Source: the human T2T-CHM13v2.0 reference genome, Homo sapiens. From it: a stretch of DNA of 64,000 nt. Below the pieces are notes generated by a model that did no database searches, was not told where the DNA came from, and was given only the letters and a program-made list of their open reading frames with translations. The position numbers and the translations under genes were made by a program. Of the stretch, positions 40,468 through 54,680 are shown in pieces (the stretch's first letter is position 1; each line of letters opens with the position of its first letter). The stretch lies in NCBI RefSeq assembly GCF_009914755.1, contig NC_060933.1; one strand, written 5' to 3'.

Positions 40468-40833
40468 TGATAAAGTTTGGCTCTGTGTCTCCACCCAAAT
40501 CTCATCTTGTAGCTCCCGTAATTTCCATGTGTTGTGGCAGGGATCCAGTGGGAGATGATTGAATCATGAGGGTGGGTCTTTTTATGCTGTTCTCATGATA
40601 GTAATGGGTTTCATGGATCTGATGGTTTTAAAAATGAGAGTTTCTCTGCACAAGCTCTCTTTTTTGGTTTGCCACCATCCACATAAGATGTCACTTGCTC
40701 CCCCTTACCTTCTGCCATGATTGTGAGGCCTCCTCAGCCATGTGGAACTGTAAGTCCAATTAAACCTCTTTCTTTTGTAAATTGCCCAGTCTCAAGATTG
40801 TCTTTATCAGCAGCATGAAAATTGACTAATACA
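40468..40833 (+). mobile_element. THE1 solo LTR nested in the ERV1 internal region
   Basis: tgataaagtttggctctgtgtc...actaataca; exact TSD CTATT. Confidence 0.95.
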
Positions 40834-43800
40834 CTATTCAATTTGCCTGCTTCACAATTAATAAGTCCAGGGACATATGGAATTAACCACACCCTTAATT
40901 GTGCAGGAAGGAATCAGACTTTATTTATGCCTACTACATAATTAAAGCAACTTGCCAGGTTTTACATTAAAGTTAAAAATTGCTAGGAGTTACCATAATA
41001 ATCTGTAATCGAGACAATGAAATTAGATTTACATATAAGGTAAATAAGGAAAGTAAAATATATTTTTAGTAAAAGATTATAAGAATGCATGAAAATGTAA
41101 ATTTTTGCCTTGGGTTAAAGGATTGTTTTGAATTAGATAAGATAAAGCTGAAGGTTTAAACAAATGGTGAAAAGTTTGTAAAACTTAATCTTGCAAAAGA
41201 AATTGTGTGAACATATTGGCTAATTTCAAAAAAGTATTTTGTTTTTGTAAATTGAGCATTGAAATAAAAGCACAACAAGGTTTTCTAAAGGCGCTGACCT
41301 GCTCTTTAACAACAATTTGTAAAGGGTTATAAAAGTTTTAAAAAATCTCACCTCATGGTCAAACTAGATAAGATTAGATATAATTATCTATAAGTTTTCA
41401 TTAAAAAAATTAGGGTTGACATCAACAGTAGACTAATGCAAGGATGAAATTAGGCTTTCACTTGAACAGCATTTCCCTGTAAAATTAACGACAGATTGTT
41501 TGGAAAGCTAAGTTTTCCCTCTTCCTGTGAATATGCTTTTGCGTTGTTTTAAAATGTTTGAGTCATCATTTTGGCTAAAATAAATGACATGTGGTAACTT
41601 GGAATTCTATTTTATAATATCAAGTGCTTTGAACCTCTAACGTAATTAACAGTCTTCCCAAAATCAAACTTCAGTTTTAAAATTGTCTTTCCTGGTCCCT
41701 GGAACATCCAAAACAGAAGAAAACTGGGTTTTTTGAAATGTTTAGTTATATGGTATTTCCAAAGTTGTATTTAATCTGCTTTAGGTTATATTTTAGTGAA
41801 TAATATTAATATGTTTCACAATTATATGAGATTTCTAAAATTCTAATGTCTGAGTATATGCTATCAATCATAATTAAGGTTATTATGTTTAGTTATTGTA
41901 AACCCTAGAAATAACTAAATTTCTTTGTCAATTGTATTCTTGACAGTAACTACCCTGGACATTTCATCATTCACAGACAAATGTCTTGTTTTGATCCTAC
42001 TCAAAAGATGATTTATAATCAGCTATAGGATTTTGACAAGTGTTCTCAAATGCAAGATTCCATTAACTCTGGAGATTATGACATTGAAAAAAATACAGTA
42101 CTCATGAAGAACTGAAATGTTCATGAATATCAAGCAGAACAAGAGAACAGAATGGATTGAACTAATAGAAAACAAGTATTATTTTAACCTTTTTGCTTAA
42201 AACTTTGGTGATCCTTGCTTTGTTTTTCTGAGTCAGGGATACTTATTTTGACCTATTTAAAGCCTTTAATAATTGAGTAAACTATACGCCTGTGAACAAA
42301 ATTTGAAGGATGTTTGTTTCTCTCTGCCTGGCTTTGCCAGAATTTGGAAACTATTTGTGAGAATATTTAATTTATGGCAATACAGTTATTTTCATCAGTG
42401 CAATAAGAATACATTTTCTTTTGCAACAGGACACAATTGAAGAAACTGGGGGTTTTACCAAGGCTTTTACTGGAAGGGTATATGTTCCTTTAAGTAATTA
42501 AGCTGGACTTGCCAATAAAAGTCCCTTGGGAAAACTGGCTACATACCTTGTCAACACAGTCCTCGTACAAGGTTCCTAACCCATGGGGAGTAAAGCATGT
42601 CACTTTTTAACAGGCTTAGGAGCCTGTTAAAAAGCTCCTGGGCCTGTTAAAAAGCTTGTTCTTGGGACATCAAGAAGAGAATGATTTACCAAACTTGTAG
42701 ATATTTGAGGGTGGAAACCCATGGCTGGGCTTGGCCTTAAAAGGTCTTAACTGAGATTCCTTATGGAACAGAGTTCCATCAAAGCCAACTTAAAAGCCTA
42801 TGGGAAAAATAATTATTTTTTTTGCACTTTATGCAAATAAGACAAGTATAAGGCTAAAGTTTATTTTTTCAAACAACTGAGTCCTATCATGATTTGTTTT
42901 TGACAAAAATGAGGACTGGAGAGAGAGAAATTATGTTTCAAAACTTATTCTACATTTGTCATTACATTATAATACCATTAGTTGTTTTTAAGTTTTTGCC
43001 TACGTTTTAGACTACCCTGCTTGTTCCTGTGGACCAACCAGCAATGTACGGCTGCAGCTCAAAAGAACCAAAGGGACGAGTAATATAAAAAATCTGGATC
43101 AATATTTTAATTCTGAACAATTATCCTGCAAATCCTTCCAGGTGATCGGAGTAAATAGGTGCCCATAACCCAGAGATTTCTTTGTTTGGGAAAATAAGAC
43201 CAAGGGAGCTAATCAAAGCCAAGCCCCATGAATACAAAACTTAGCAGGCATAACTATAGCCACGAGTTATCTGGCTGTATTGGCAGCCTTGAGATTTTGT
43301 TTTGTTTTGTTTTGAGCTGTCCTTATCCCTTTGTTTCATTTTGAATATGTCTTCTAATAACCCAAATTGTTTCTTCTTAAAGGCCGTTCAACTTCAAATG
43401 GTGATGCAAACAGAACCACTCATGAACACACCATTCTCTTTGGGGACCCTTAAACTGACCTCAGGAGGAGACTTAACTGCCACTTTCCCAAAACAGCACC
43501 CCTTGTCAGCAGGAAGCAGTTAAAAGCAGTCGTTGTATGCTTTCCCCAACAGAATTTGGGGTCTCCACTCCTGAAGGGAGGAATGAAAGGAGTCAGCCAA
43601 CTTGCTTTAGGGAGACAGTCAGGAAAGGGTCCCCTGGAGAACCTCCTACCCACCCCCTAGGTGTTTATACCAAATATTTTGTGCGGATAAGCGTACTTGC
43701 TAAGGGAGTTTGCCTAAACATGCCCATAGTGGAAAATTTCGTTCCTTAACATATGTGCATTAAGGGAAATAAATCAATATGGAGCGGCACAGACTAAGGG

Positions 43801-43902
43801 CCCACATAACTCACTGGAAAGATGGAGTGGAGCAACCAGGAATTCATGTCTCATACAACCAGGAATTCACAGCCCTGTCAGCTTGTATAAAAATGTCCTT
43901 GT

Positions 43903-44194
43903 TGCCGGGTGCAGTAGCTCACACCTGTAATCCGAACACTTGGGGAGGCGGAGGCGGGCAGATCACTAGAGCAGGAGTTGGAGACCAGCCTGACCAACAT
44001 GGTAAATCCCATCTCTACTAAAAATACAAAAATTATCCGGGCCTGATGATGTGTGCCAGTAATCCCAGCTACTCAGGAGGCTGAGAGGCAGGAGAATCGC
44101 TTGAACCTGGAAGGCAGAGGTTATAGTGAGCCAAGATCACGCCATTGCACTCCAGCCTCAGCAACAGAGTGAGGCTCTGTCTCAAGAAAAAAAA
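43903..44194 (+). mobile_element. AluS inserted in the 3' LTR
   Basis: Full Alu; TSD aaaaatg(t/c)ccttgt. Confidence 0.93.
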
Positions 44195-44603
44195 TGCCCT
44201 TGTATTCAACTGTTAAGGGGGCAACCAAGAACTTGACGTCAGGACCCCTCTCTTTGCTGAGAGCTTTCCTTTCACTAAATAAATTCTACTACACTTACTC
44301 TTTGAGCGTCCATGTGCCTACTTCTTCAGAACTTAGGCCTAGCTGGGCTAAGGAGCGAAAAACCCTGCATCGTATCTCAAACTCAACCTTTAAGTTTTTG
44401 TCCTACTAGTCTCCTTCACATTTTGCAATACATTAAAATTGCTTCAAGGTTTTTTCAAAATGTGTTTTTGGTAATTCTACTAATTTATGCTGTTTAAAAC
44501 ATCCTGGCTGAATGATTTCAAATAAATTTTATAACATCTATTTCCATTTTTTTTCACTCAGTACATATGAATCCACTGTTTAATCCAAATTTAAAGTAAC
44601 AAT

Positions 44604-45056
44604 CATTAAAGTAAATTAAAATGGAGTCCAGGCCTGAAGAATTTCTGAGCAGACAAAACCAGTTAGGCATCATAAGTGATCTAAACCTTGTTTGATCTAC
44701 AGATATAAGGGAAACTTGAGCTATTCTTATCAATTTCTATATTAAAGAAAAACAGAACTTAAGTTCAACCAATCAGAAGTAGCCAACACACATAATCATA
44801 TAACTGAAGACTTTCCAGTGGGATAGACCTAATAACGTACAACTTTGGTACCAAATAAGGTACAAATAACTGTACAACTATAAATAGTCAAATATTATTT
44901 TTAGTTTTCTTCTGTGCCTGTCCTCTAAAAGCCTCCCCCTGTGCTCCCTCAGTGGCGCTCTTAAGGCTCTTTTATGGTTTGGAGCTGCCTGAGTCATAAA
45001 TCATTGTGTAAATAACATATTTAAAATTTTATTGTGCCTTAGTTTATCTTTTAACA
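44604..45056 (+). mobile_element. Solo ERV LTR (MER57-related type, subfamily uncertain)
   Basis: ttaaagtaaattaaaatggag...aaccaatcagaag...ggtttggagctgcc...ttttaaca. Confidence 0.65.
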
Positions 45057-45950
45057 CAGTGGTCCTCAACCCTTGGTAATGAGCTATGGCTTGTTAGGAA
45101 TCAGATCATACAGCAGGAGGTGAGCGGCAGGTGAGTGAGCATTACCACCTGAGCTCTGCCTCCTGTCGAATCAGCTACAGCATTCTTATAGGAATGTGAA
45201 CCCTATTATGAACTGAGCATGCAAGGGATCTAGGTTGTGCATACCTCATGAGAATCTAATGCCTGATGATCTGAGGTGGAACAGTTTCATCCCTGTATTA
45301 GTCAGGGTTCTCCAGAGGGACAGAACTTATAAGATATATGTATATATGAAAAGGAGTTTATTAATGAGAATTGACTATACGATCACAAGGTGAAGTCCAA
45401 TGATAGGCTGTCTGCAAGCTGAGGGACAAGAAAGCCAACAAAGGCTTAGTTCAACTACAAAAGCCTCAAAAGTAGGAAAGCTGGCAGTGCAACATTTAGT
45501 CTGTGGCCAAGGGCCTGAAAGCCCCTGGAAAACCACTGCTGTAATTTCAAGTGTTCAAAGCCTAAAGAACCTGGAGTCTGATGTCCAAGGGCAGGAAGCA
45601 TCCAGCACAGTGCAATGATGAAAGCCAGAAGACTTGTTAAGTCAGCTTATCCCACCTTCTTCCACCAGCTTTGTTCTAGCCAAGCTGACAGTCAATTGGA
45701 CGGTGTCCACCCACATTGACGATGGGTCTTCTTCTCCCAGTCTGACTCAAATGTTAATCTCCTCCAGCAACACCTTCACTGACACACCCAGAAACTATTC
45801 TTTACCAATTATCTAGGCATCCTTCAATCCAATTAAGTTGACACCTATTATTAACCATTACAATCCTGAAACCATCTTCTGCTCCCCTGTCCGTGGAAAT
45901 ATTGTCTTCCACAAAACCAGTCCCTGTTGCCACAAAGGTTGGGGACTACA
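45057..45950 (+). mobile_element. MER1B hAT-Charlie MITE split by MLT2A
   Basis: cagcaggaggtgagcggc...gagaatctaatgcctgatgatctgaggtggaacagtttcatccc | gaaaccatc...aaaggttggggac. Confidence 0.9.
45294..45862 (-). mobile_element. MLT2A2-like ERV-L solo LTR
   Basis: tgtattagtcagggttctccagagggacagaac...agttgacacctattattaaccattaca; TSD atccc/atcct. Confidence 0.9.
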
Positions 45951-47649
45951 TAGAACTCAATGAAATGAGAAGTAGTTTCTGATTCAACTAATGTCTGTTA
46001 AGTGATTCTCTCTATAGGTCCAAGTATTATGAGCAACCTCACACAATCACATTCATGAGATTTCTATTACTCTGTGTGTTGGACTTCAAGGAAGGAATGG
46101 AATGCCATCATTAGGCACCAAATATTTCCACTATTGATTAACATTGAGATTTTTAGTAAATATTTAGGAGTACTGGGGGATGAAGGAGAGACAACACTAT
46201 TTATTCTTGTACTAGAATACTCATTTCTAATGCCTATAATTAAATCAATAGGAGAGTTATTGAGAAAATGTGGGCATTTTGAGATAGTTGAAGAGTAAGT
46301 ATTCCATATGTATGTCAGTTGAAAATTATTTTTGCTATTTGCTTTTGAAAGAATATAACAATGTTAGCAAATGAACAAGGTAATTCCTGGCTGAATTATA
46401 TAATTATTACAGTACTTCCAAAGATATTAATCTATTACCATTATATGTAATTCATGGGGAATGATATTAAACAATAGATAAAATATCAAGTTAATGTGTT
46501 TCAGGACATCACTCACAGCATAATGGAAAACTGACTTACTTCTGTATTTCGATAGCTTCAATACCCATTCAACATTACTGTGCACTACAAATCTATTGGT
46601 AAATTGCTTGCGAAAATAAGACTGAAAACAATTTTAAATTAAGTGTACAAATTTTTCTCTTTTTCTTTTGAAATAATTAATATTTTATTTTATTACTGTA
46701 GTTTCCTTTAACTCTATAATTTGAACTGAGATGTTTGGAGAAAAAGTATTTTTAAAAGAATTTATAACAATAAGAATAACTGTTAGAATGCCAGTCCTAT
46801 CAAGAAATGTTAGAAATATATAAGCAAAACTCAAAAGTAAATATCACTGTTTGTCTAACCATATTCCATGCATAGCTTCTACTAGTGTTCCCCAGAATTG
46901 TCTGTTTTATCATTTCTCTTGACTTTTGATACTTTTATTCATATATCCTCCATCCTCACTTAGTCCTTACTGTTTGTACTTCGGCATCATATCAACCCTA
47001 TCTTGCAACTTAAAAGACAAAGTAATACTACTTTTTCAGTTTTTTTTTTCATTTAATGTAAGAAGTTATCATTTCCCCAATAGTGAAATGATGCAAAATG
47101 ATTATTTCATGTATTGTCCAAATGGGTTCAGGTCTGTGACAGTCTCAAACGCATCAGGGAGTAGGGACACCCTTCAGTTAAAGCACCAAGTTGTATTTTA
47201 ATCTGTATTTGATTTTTAAAAAATATTTTTTCTCAATATCACATAAACATTAAGTTTTTTATTTTACCTCTCTATTTACTTATTTCCATGATTTAAGATT
47301 GAACATTTTTCGTTATCAAAAATATTTTCATAATATGTGTAAAATTGTTGAAATCTTAATTTTTCCAAAATGACAGCTGACTCCTCTTAAAGGTAATGGA
47401 AATCTTAGAATGTTATTTGCAAGTCAGTCTACAGCATTATTTTCATACATAAAATGTTGTGTACTAATTTTTGAAATATTTGTAAATTAAATAGGTCATT
47501 TTTCTTTCAGGAGAAAGGAGACCTTGAGAGATTTTTGTGCAGGAGAAGAGTAGTTTTAAAAATAGGTAGTTTGCAATAGGGCAGACTAGTTTTAAAATTC
47601 TAAAATGAGAACAAGTCAATAAGAGTCTCTTGATTAAATCTAGTGATCT

Positions 47650-48290
47650 TATTATTTATTTATTAATTGACATGTAATAATTGTACATATTCATGGGGTA
47701 CAATTTGATACCTGGATACCTATCCATGTTGTATAATGATCCATTCAGAGTGAATCTATTATCTTACATATTTGTCATTTCTTTGTGGTGAGAACATTCG
47801 AAGACAACTCTTCAAGCTATTTTGTAATATACGATATTTCACTGTTAACCATACTTGCTCTACATGCAACAGAACACCAGAATTTATTGCTGTTATCTAG
47901 TTGTAATTTTATACCATCAATCAAAGTTTCCTCATCCTTCTTTTTGTCCTCCTGTCTTTAGTCTCTGGTAACATTTTTCTACTCTCTGCTTCTATGCTAT
48001 TAACTTTTTAAAATGTTTGTATTTTCCTTTTTTTTTAGACTCCACTTATGAGTGAGATCATGCTGTACTTGTCTTTCTGTGTCTGGCTTATTTCACTTAC
48101 CACAGTGTCCTCTAGATTCATCTATATTGTCATAAATGGCAAGATTTTACTTTTTATGGCTAAAGAGTACTTCATTGTATACAGATAGTGCATTTTCTTT
48201 TTGCATTCATCTGTTGCCAGACACTTAGGCTTATTCTGTATCTTGGCTATCATACATAGTGCGCAATAAAAATGACTAGGTGCATCGCAA
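47650..48290 (-). mobile_element. L1MA-type 3' end
   Basis: taattgtacatattcatggggtaca...gtgagatcatgc...tctggcttatttcactta. Confidence 0.85.
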
Positions 48291-48786
48291 TTAGCTTTAA
48301 AAAGATGGAACGGCATTGTAAGGACAGACCATGAATCTAAGCCCTTAGGCTGAATACTTAGGTTGAATAAAATTGTTGGAAGAAGTGGCTATTTGATGTA
48401 TGTAATAAAAGGGATTCTTACATGGCAGGTATTATTAGGAGAAAAAAAAGAGAGAAAGAAAGTTGAAGGAGAGGGGAAAACTGCCACAGCAGGTTAAGCA
48501 ACTTGCTTTGAAATAATTGGGATTAGTAAGTGTGCAGAGATAGAACTGGTGATGAAAGAGTGAGACTGGAATTAGAAAGTAATTTGTAATACTAATGTTG
48601 CAGGTTGGGTCCTGGTTATGAGATTAAGCGGATGCTCATTCTTTGGAGCTATAACTCTGACCAGTGCCACATTAACAGATTTGGAAAATATAAGATTAAC
48701 TATGAAGGTACAGAAAATAAAGGTATTAAAATTCTTTCTATATTTTAGATCTAATTGTTAATAATATAGTATATACACATCCATAC

Positions 48787-48793
<7 letters not shown>

Positions 48794-48837
<44 letters not shown>
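48794..48837. repeat. (TA)n microsatellite
   Basis: Pure TA run. Confidence 0.97.
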
Positions 48838-48838
<1 letters not shown>

Positions 48839-48876
48839 CAAATGTATGCGAAAAGATATGGTAAATAGAAAACATT

Positions 48877-49180
48877 AGCTGGGCATGGTGGCTTACACCT
48901 ATAATCCCAGCATTTTGGGAGGTGGAGGCAGGAGGATACTTGAGCCCAGGGATCTGAGACTAGCCTGGGTAATATGGCAAGACCATGTCTCTACAAAAAG
49001 TAAAGAAAAGTAGCTGGGCCTGGTGGCACACACCTGTCATCAAAGCTACTCTGGAGGCTGAAGTGTGAGGATCACTTGAATTCAAGAGGTCAAGGCTGTA
49101 GTGAGCTGTGTTCCAGCCACTGCACTCCAGCCTGTGTGAGAGCACAAGACCCTGTCTAAAAAAAAGCAAAAGAAAAAAGA
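48877..49180 (+). mobile_element. AluJ
   Basis: ggaggatacttgagcccagg, gaggtcaaggctgtagtgagc; TSD-like aaacatt on both sides. Confidence 0.92.
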
Positions 49181-49684
49181 AACATTATTGAGGAGAAGAG
49201 ATAAATAGAGTCTTAGAAATTTGAATTGATACATGAGTAAAGAATGACCCAATTATTTTATATCGGGAATGGGAAAATAAATTTTATTCAAGGCCACAAA
49301 ATAGTTTTTAAAGCATAGACAATATAATACAGGGGTTGGGGGCGTGGTTACAACAATGTTAGAAACACTGAAAGAGCAAAAGAGGCCTGCTACTCCAGAT
49401 GATGAGCAAATGAAGGAAGCCACTTCCATCCTTAACTGTGAAAAATGAGTAGGGGAAGGTGGTGCATTCTGGGTCCCATGATTCCAGACTGACCATTGGC
49501 CCTATTTGAGTGCAGCTGCTGTTAGGCAGAAACTCTGGACTCCAAACTCTCAGTAAAACTTCTGAAGACACTGCTGTTGCTATTGCAGCTGTCAGCACCA
49601 TTGATTCAGCTGAGAAGCAGTCCATAATATCACACTGACACCCAAGCTGTTGGTTGTGTTTTTTTGAACCAGATTGAAATTAAT

Positions 49685-49950
49685 ATCTATTGTATGGTTC
49701 AATTTCTATGAAGTTCAATGTCAAGCAAATGTAATTTATAAAGATAAAAGTAAGAACAGTGGTTGCCTATAGTAATGATTGGAGGTTCACAATAGAGACT
49801 CCTGGATTCTAGTAATACTCAATTCATATTCATGTAAGTTGTGATGACATTAGTATTTTACATTCTAAAAATGTTTAATGCTATATGCTCAAGATCTGTG
49901 TCTTTCACATGTGCATATCATATTTCATATTTCAATTAATAAATCAGTAA
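49685..49950 (+). mobile_element. Old L1MC/ME 3' fragment
   Basis: tgtatggttcaatttctatgaagttc...agaacagtggttgcct...aagatctgtg. Confidence 0.6.
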
Positions 49951-52900
49951 AAAAAGTTCCAGTTCAGGATACAATACTGTAGAACAATCCAAAATATTAA
50001 TTTATTCTTAAAGTTTTTAAAATATTAGAATAAATACAGAGCATTTTGTTAAAACAATATGGTAAACCTAAATGTAAAAAAAAATTAAATTGAGTTAGGA
50101 ATTTCAAAAAGACATTTCATGTGCCTTTTCAACTTTCAATTTCGTATGAAAGTTGAAAAAACTTGAAATCAGTAAGTGTGCATGTGTATGTAAAACAAAA
50201 TTACTGCATATAAAATCTTTTTTGAGGCATCTAGAAAATATTTAGCAGTGTGCCATAGTTTAGAGGCATTTTAAAATGCTTTTTAGTGGTACATAAAAAA
50301 TTAATTAATGACAGAGTCTATGAAAAACAAGTAGAGCAGCTTGAAATAATTCACATATTTTTCATGTAAAACTTTTAGGAGAAGTCCAGTGATGTCACGA
50401 TAGCTCTACAATGTTGATTTATTTTGTCGCTTTCATATGCTTATTTTATATATAAAATAGCTGAAAACAGCTATGAATTCTAAAGCATGGTAACAGGGGT
50501 AAAAGGTCACACACATTTCTTTTAGATGCTGCAAATATTGCTTCTGTTCACACGTTATCGTCCAAAAATTAGTTACATTGCCTCATCAAAGTGCAAAGAG
50601 GCTGGTAAATGTACTTTAATTTGCTAAATGCCTTGCAAGATATAGGGATGTATATTGAGGAGACAAAGAATGGAAGTGAGAATTACTTGTTATTTTGACT
50701 TCCAACTATCGGAGAACATTCCCAAAGAAATATTATACTAAATTTCTGCCTGAATAATTATTTCAGCATCTCTTTCATGGTCTTTGCTTAAGGGCAGTGC
50801 TTCCAGCTGAGGCTGCATGCAGTCTTATATTCCATAGACTAACTGTCTAGGGTAATTCAGACTTATAACCTAAGTTTATGTTACAACTTTTCTAACTTAT
50901 GTTCCTTTGATGGAGTTTATCCTCATTGCCCCACCCCCCAAATGGTTTACTAATAAAGTATAGTCTAAAACAGGAACATTATTCTTTTTATATTCTTTAA
51001 TCTCCATTGAAATAAACACAATTTGTAGAATTATTAACTAATAGAAATTAATTGAAAAGAAGCATCTTTCTTTTATATGAACAATGACACAGTTCAAATT
51101 TATCTTGAAAACAGTTTTAAGCACAAGTAATTACCCTGAATTTGTAAATAACCCATTTATAAGTAGGTCAATAAGAAAACATTTCAACAAATTTCAAATG
51201 TGATATCATTTCTAGATCTTATGAAATAATGGAACATGTTTTGGAAAATAAGAGAAGTTTACTTAGCCAATAATAACAGGTCTCAATCAATTATTTTTTA
51301 ACAGCTAGTTTATCCCTGGATATACCTTACTATATCCTGTTTTTAGATATGGCATTTGAAAACCTCCAAGAATATAGAGATAATTTTAATTGAGCTATTA
51401 TGGTTAGTATTTATTTTTAAAGTTCTGAATTTTTTTTAAAAACTCAATATTCTATGGTATATTAACAAGATTGATTGGAATAATGCATTTTTTTAATGTA
51501 GTGGGTTGGTGATATGTTTTTCTGCTGAGAAAGAAGGCTGTTCATAATCTTAAATTATATTAGGTTTTAGAAACAACGAAAATTGTGGGATTCCCTTAAT
51601 GCCTTTCTTACACTTGAGTTCTAAAATATTTATCAATCTCAAATATATTTTACATTATGTTGAAAAATGACTATTAATAGTTTCTGCTAAAAAGAATTAT
51701 CAACTTTTTATGCATCACCATTTCAGAGTTGGGCTTATAAAAATATCAGTATCTGTCCTACATATATACCAATGTTTTTCAATTTTTAGTCAATTAAATA
51801 TGTTTCATTGATTTTCTGCTGTGTGCCTAAAATTGTGCATGATGATATTATAGAAGGTACTGTAAGAAGGCTTAAAGCAGTATATTTAACCACTGCCTAC
51901 CAGAGTAGTACATAGAGAAGCAAACCTAATCTATAAGCAACAATGAGAGCATGCTACAGATAACTTTTAATATTGTAAATATATATGATACAGATGATAA
52001 AATCTTTATGAAATAATCTATAGGAGAGGTGAAATGGGTCTCTGCCAGGAGAATGCAAAGGCAGTAAAAAATTAAAAACCAAAATATTGAGGATTATTTT
52101 GAGGAAAGTGTTAGTAGAATTTAATAATACATTTAATAGAAACATAAGATTAAAAATGCAAAGATGAATTCAAAGTTGCTTACATTCAAAAATAACTCAT
52201 TAAATGTACAGTATTTTAAGCACACTTTTGATCTATGAAGAGTATAAATATGAATAAGACATAGTTCTTTAGGCTAGACATAGAGAATATTTTTTTGTAT
52301 AGAAATAAAATCTAGAGTATGTAATATTAGGGGAAAGAAAATGCCTCATAGATGTCAATAAACCTTGTTCCCTCTATTTTTTTTTTTTACTGGTTTCATT
52401 TCCTGTAATAATTGTGGTAAGAGTAATGCTGAAACAATTAAACCTCCAACTTTTAAAGCAATAAAAGTTATTGCTTGCTTAAATAATAGGAATGCTATCT
52501 GTGATTTCCTGCAGGGTCATTCAAAGATTTATTATTTTCCTATCTGTGGTTTTGCCATCCTCAATACATAGCTCTTGGGGGTTTTCTGTGGATTGTTTTA
52601 ATGTTAGCCAACCAGAGAGAATAAAAAGAGTATTAAAAATTATTAATTGTGGGTCTATGTGACCCTGTAAGAAGGCTACATCACTACTATATACTTAGAA
52701 CCTAAATTTCTATGTCAAAATATAGGCGAATATAGCAAATATTGTCCAAATTTACAAGGAAAGAGAAAATGAATTGTGTGTTCATCTTACAGTTTCTAAT
52801 AAAATCCCCAACATTGAACTTAAATGACTCTCCAGTTGTTCATTAGGAGCATATGCTGTTGGTTGACTGCCAGCATACATTATCTCACCTTTTCTTTCTA

Positions 52901-53384
52901 AGATAGAACATATTCAATACATCCAAGGCTTCCAAGGCTTCAGTACTTCTCTAAGTTTACTGTCTCGTCTTCAGATTCAGGTATGATGTGATTACTCTAA
53001 GTATAGCCTGATTCTTTGCCAAAAATAAGAACAAAAATACGCATATGACCCAATTCAGTACAAAGGCAAATCAGGGCAAATTACCTTAAGAGTTTTTAAA
53101 ATAAATGTTTCTCTTGGTGTCTCTTTCTTGGTCTTCTGGGTAGGGTTGTATCTGAATATGATGACCCTAAATGTCTGCAGACATTTTTGCAGCAATGTTA
53201 AGGGTAAAAGTGACACAGCCAATAGCAAAGAAGTGCCAGAAAATACGTAAGCAAACTGTGACCTCTTTTTACCTCTTGATTGACTTTTATGTTAAATAAT
53301 GAATTTACCTTATGCTTGAAAGAATTTGAAATAGCATTTGGCAGTGAAGAATTTACTCCTCCCATATTTTCATTCAAGAGAAAT

Positions 53385-54680
53385 TTCCATGAGGAGGGTT
53401 GTTGGTGGGTTACCTCCAACTCAACCACTTCAGAGCTACTACAGTGGTAATGCATGTTGAAGAAAAGAGTCAAACTCTGTGAAATATTTGAAGAGATTTA
53501 TTCTGAGGCAAATATGAGTGACCTCGGCCTGTCACACAGCCCAGGAGATCCTAAGAACATGTGCCAAGGTTGTTGGACTACAGCTTGGATTTATACATGT
53601 GAGGGAGACATAAGACATCAATCAGTACACCTAAGATACACATTGGTAAAATTGGGAAAGGTGAGACAACTCAAAGCAGGTGGGGGTGGGGTGGGTGAAG
53701 GCTTCCAGGTTAAAGGTGAATTCAAAGATTTTCTGACTGGCATTTGACAACTGGCTAAAATAATTTATCTAAAGACCGGAATCAATAGACAGGAGTGTAT
53801 GGGTTAAGATAAGGTGTTTTAGAGACCGAGGTTCTTATGCAGATGAAGCTTGCAGGTAGCAGGCTTCACTGAGAATAGATTGTAAATGATTTTTATCAGA
53901 CATAAAAAGGAAAAAGGACTTGGAATCAGGAAAAATCAGGAAAAAGACTTGGAAAGAGAAGGGGATTCTCTACAAAATGGAGATTTTCCCCACAGAAACA
54001 GCCTTGTAGGTCCATTTCAAAATATGTCAAAGAAATGTATTTTTGTGGTGAAATACTTTGATTTCTTTCAAGGCCTGCTATCTGTCATGTTGATATCTTA
54101 TTGCTACGAAGAGTCTGTTTTGTCATTCTTAAGTCTCTACTTTAATGTTAACACTGTTCAGCTATGCACGAATTCCGAAAGGATGAAAGTAAATAACGAG
54201 GCATGTTCAACCACCCATTTCCGTCATGGCCTCCATTACTGTTTCAGGTTTAGTTTAAAATGCCCTTGGCCAAGATAAAGAGCCCATTTAGTTGGTTAAC
54301 GGACATTGAATTTCATTTTTGGCTTACATGCAGGTGCCATGCTCTCCTTAGGTTGCTCCCTGCCAATGCTGAGCAAGGAAGATATTATAGGGCTTTTCAT
54401 TCTTGTCCCACATGGACTCATCTAAAGGTGAAAGTTCACTTTGGTGCTCTTTCAGTGTGGCTGACAATTTCTCAGATCTGCACTCTTCTCTGAGGCTCCT
54501 CCTTTCCAATTATCTTTCATGCTCTCTCTTCTTTTGAGGTGCCGGCTTGCATCATGATCTGGAGGCTCTTGCAGCCTCTTGCTCTATCTTCTCTTTATTC
54601 TTCAAAGGCGTTTTCTCTGGTTACTCTCTTATACGTGTAATTCCATCTTGGTGTCTGATTCTTGGGAAACCCAAACTGGC
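53385..54680 (+). mobile_element. LTR16-like ERV-L LTR split by MER4
   Basis: gctccctgccaatgctgagc...taattccatcttggtgtctgattcttgggaaacccaaact. Confidence 0.6.
53455..54328 (-). mobile_element. MER4 (D/E-like) ERV1 solo LTR
   Basis: tgttgaagaaaagagtcaaactctgtgaaatatttgaagagatttattctgag...tttttggcttaca; exact TSD TGCA. Confidence 0.9.

Noticed and set aside
47495-47570. Strong acceptor tttttctttcag
   Set aside because: No convincing donor or coding frame downstream
53454-54493. 97-130 aa ORFs
   Set aside because: Antisense frames of the MER4 LTR
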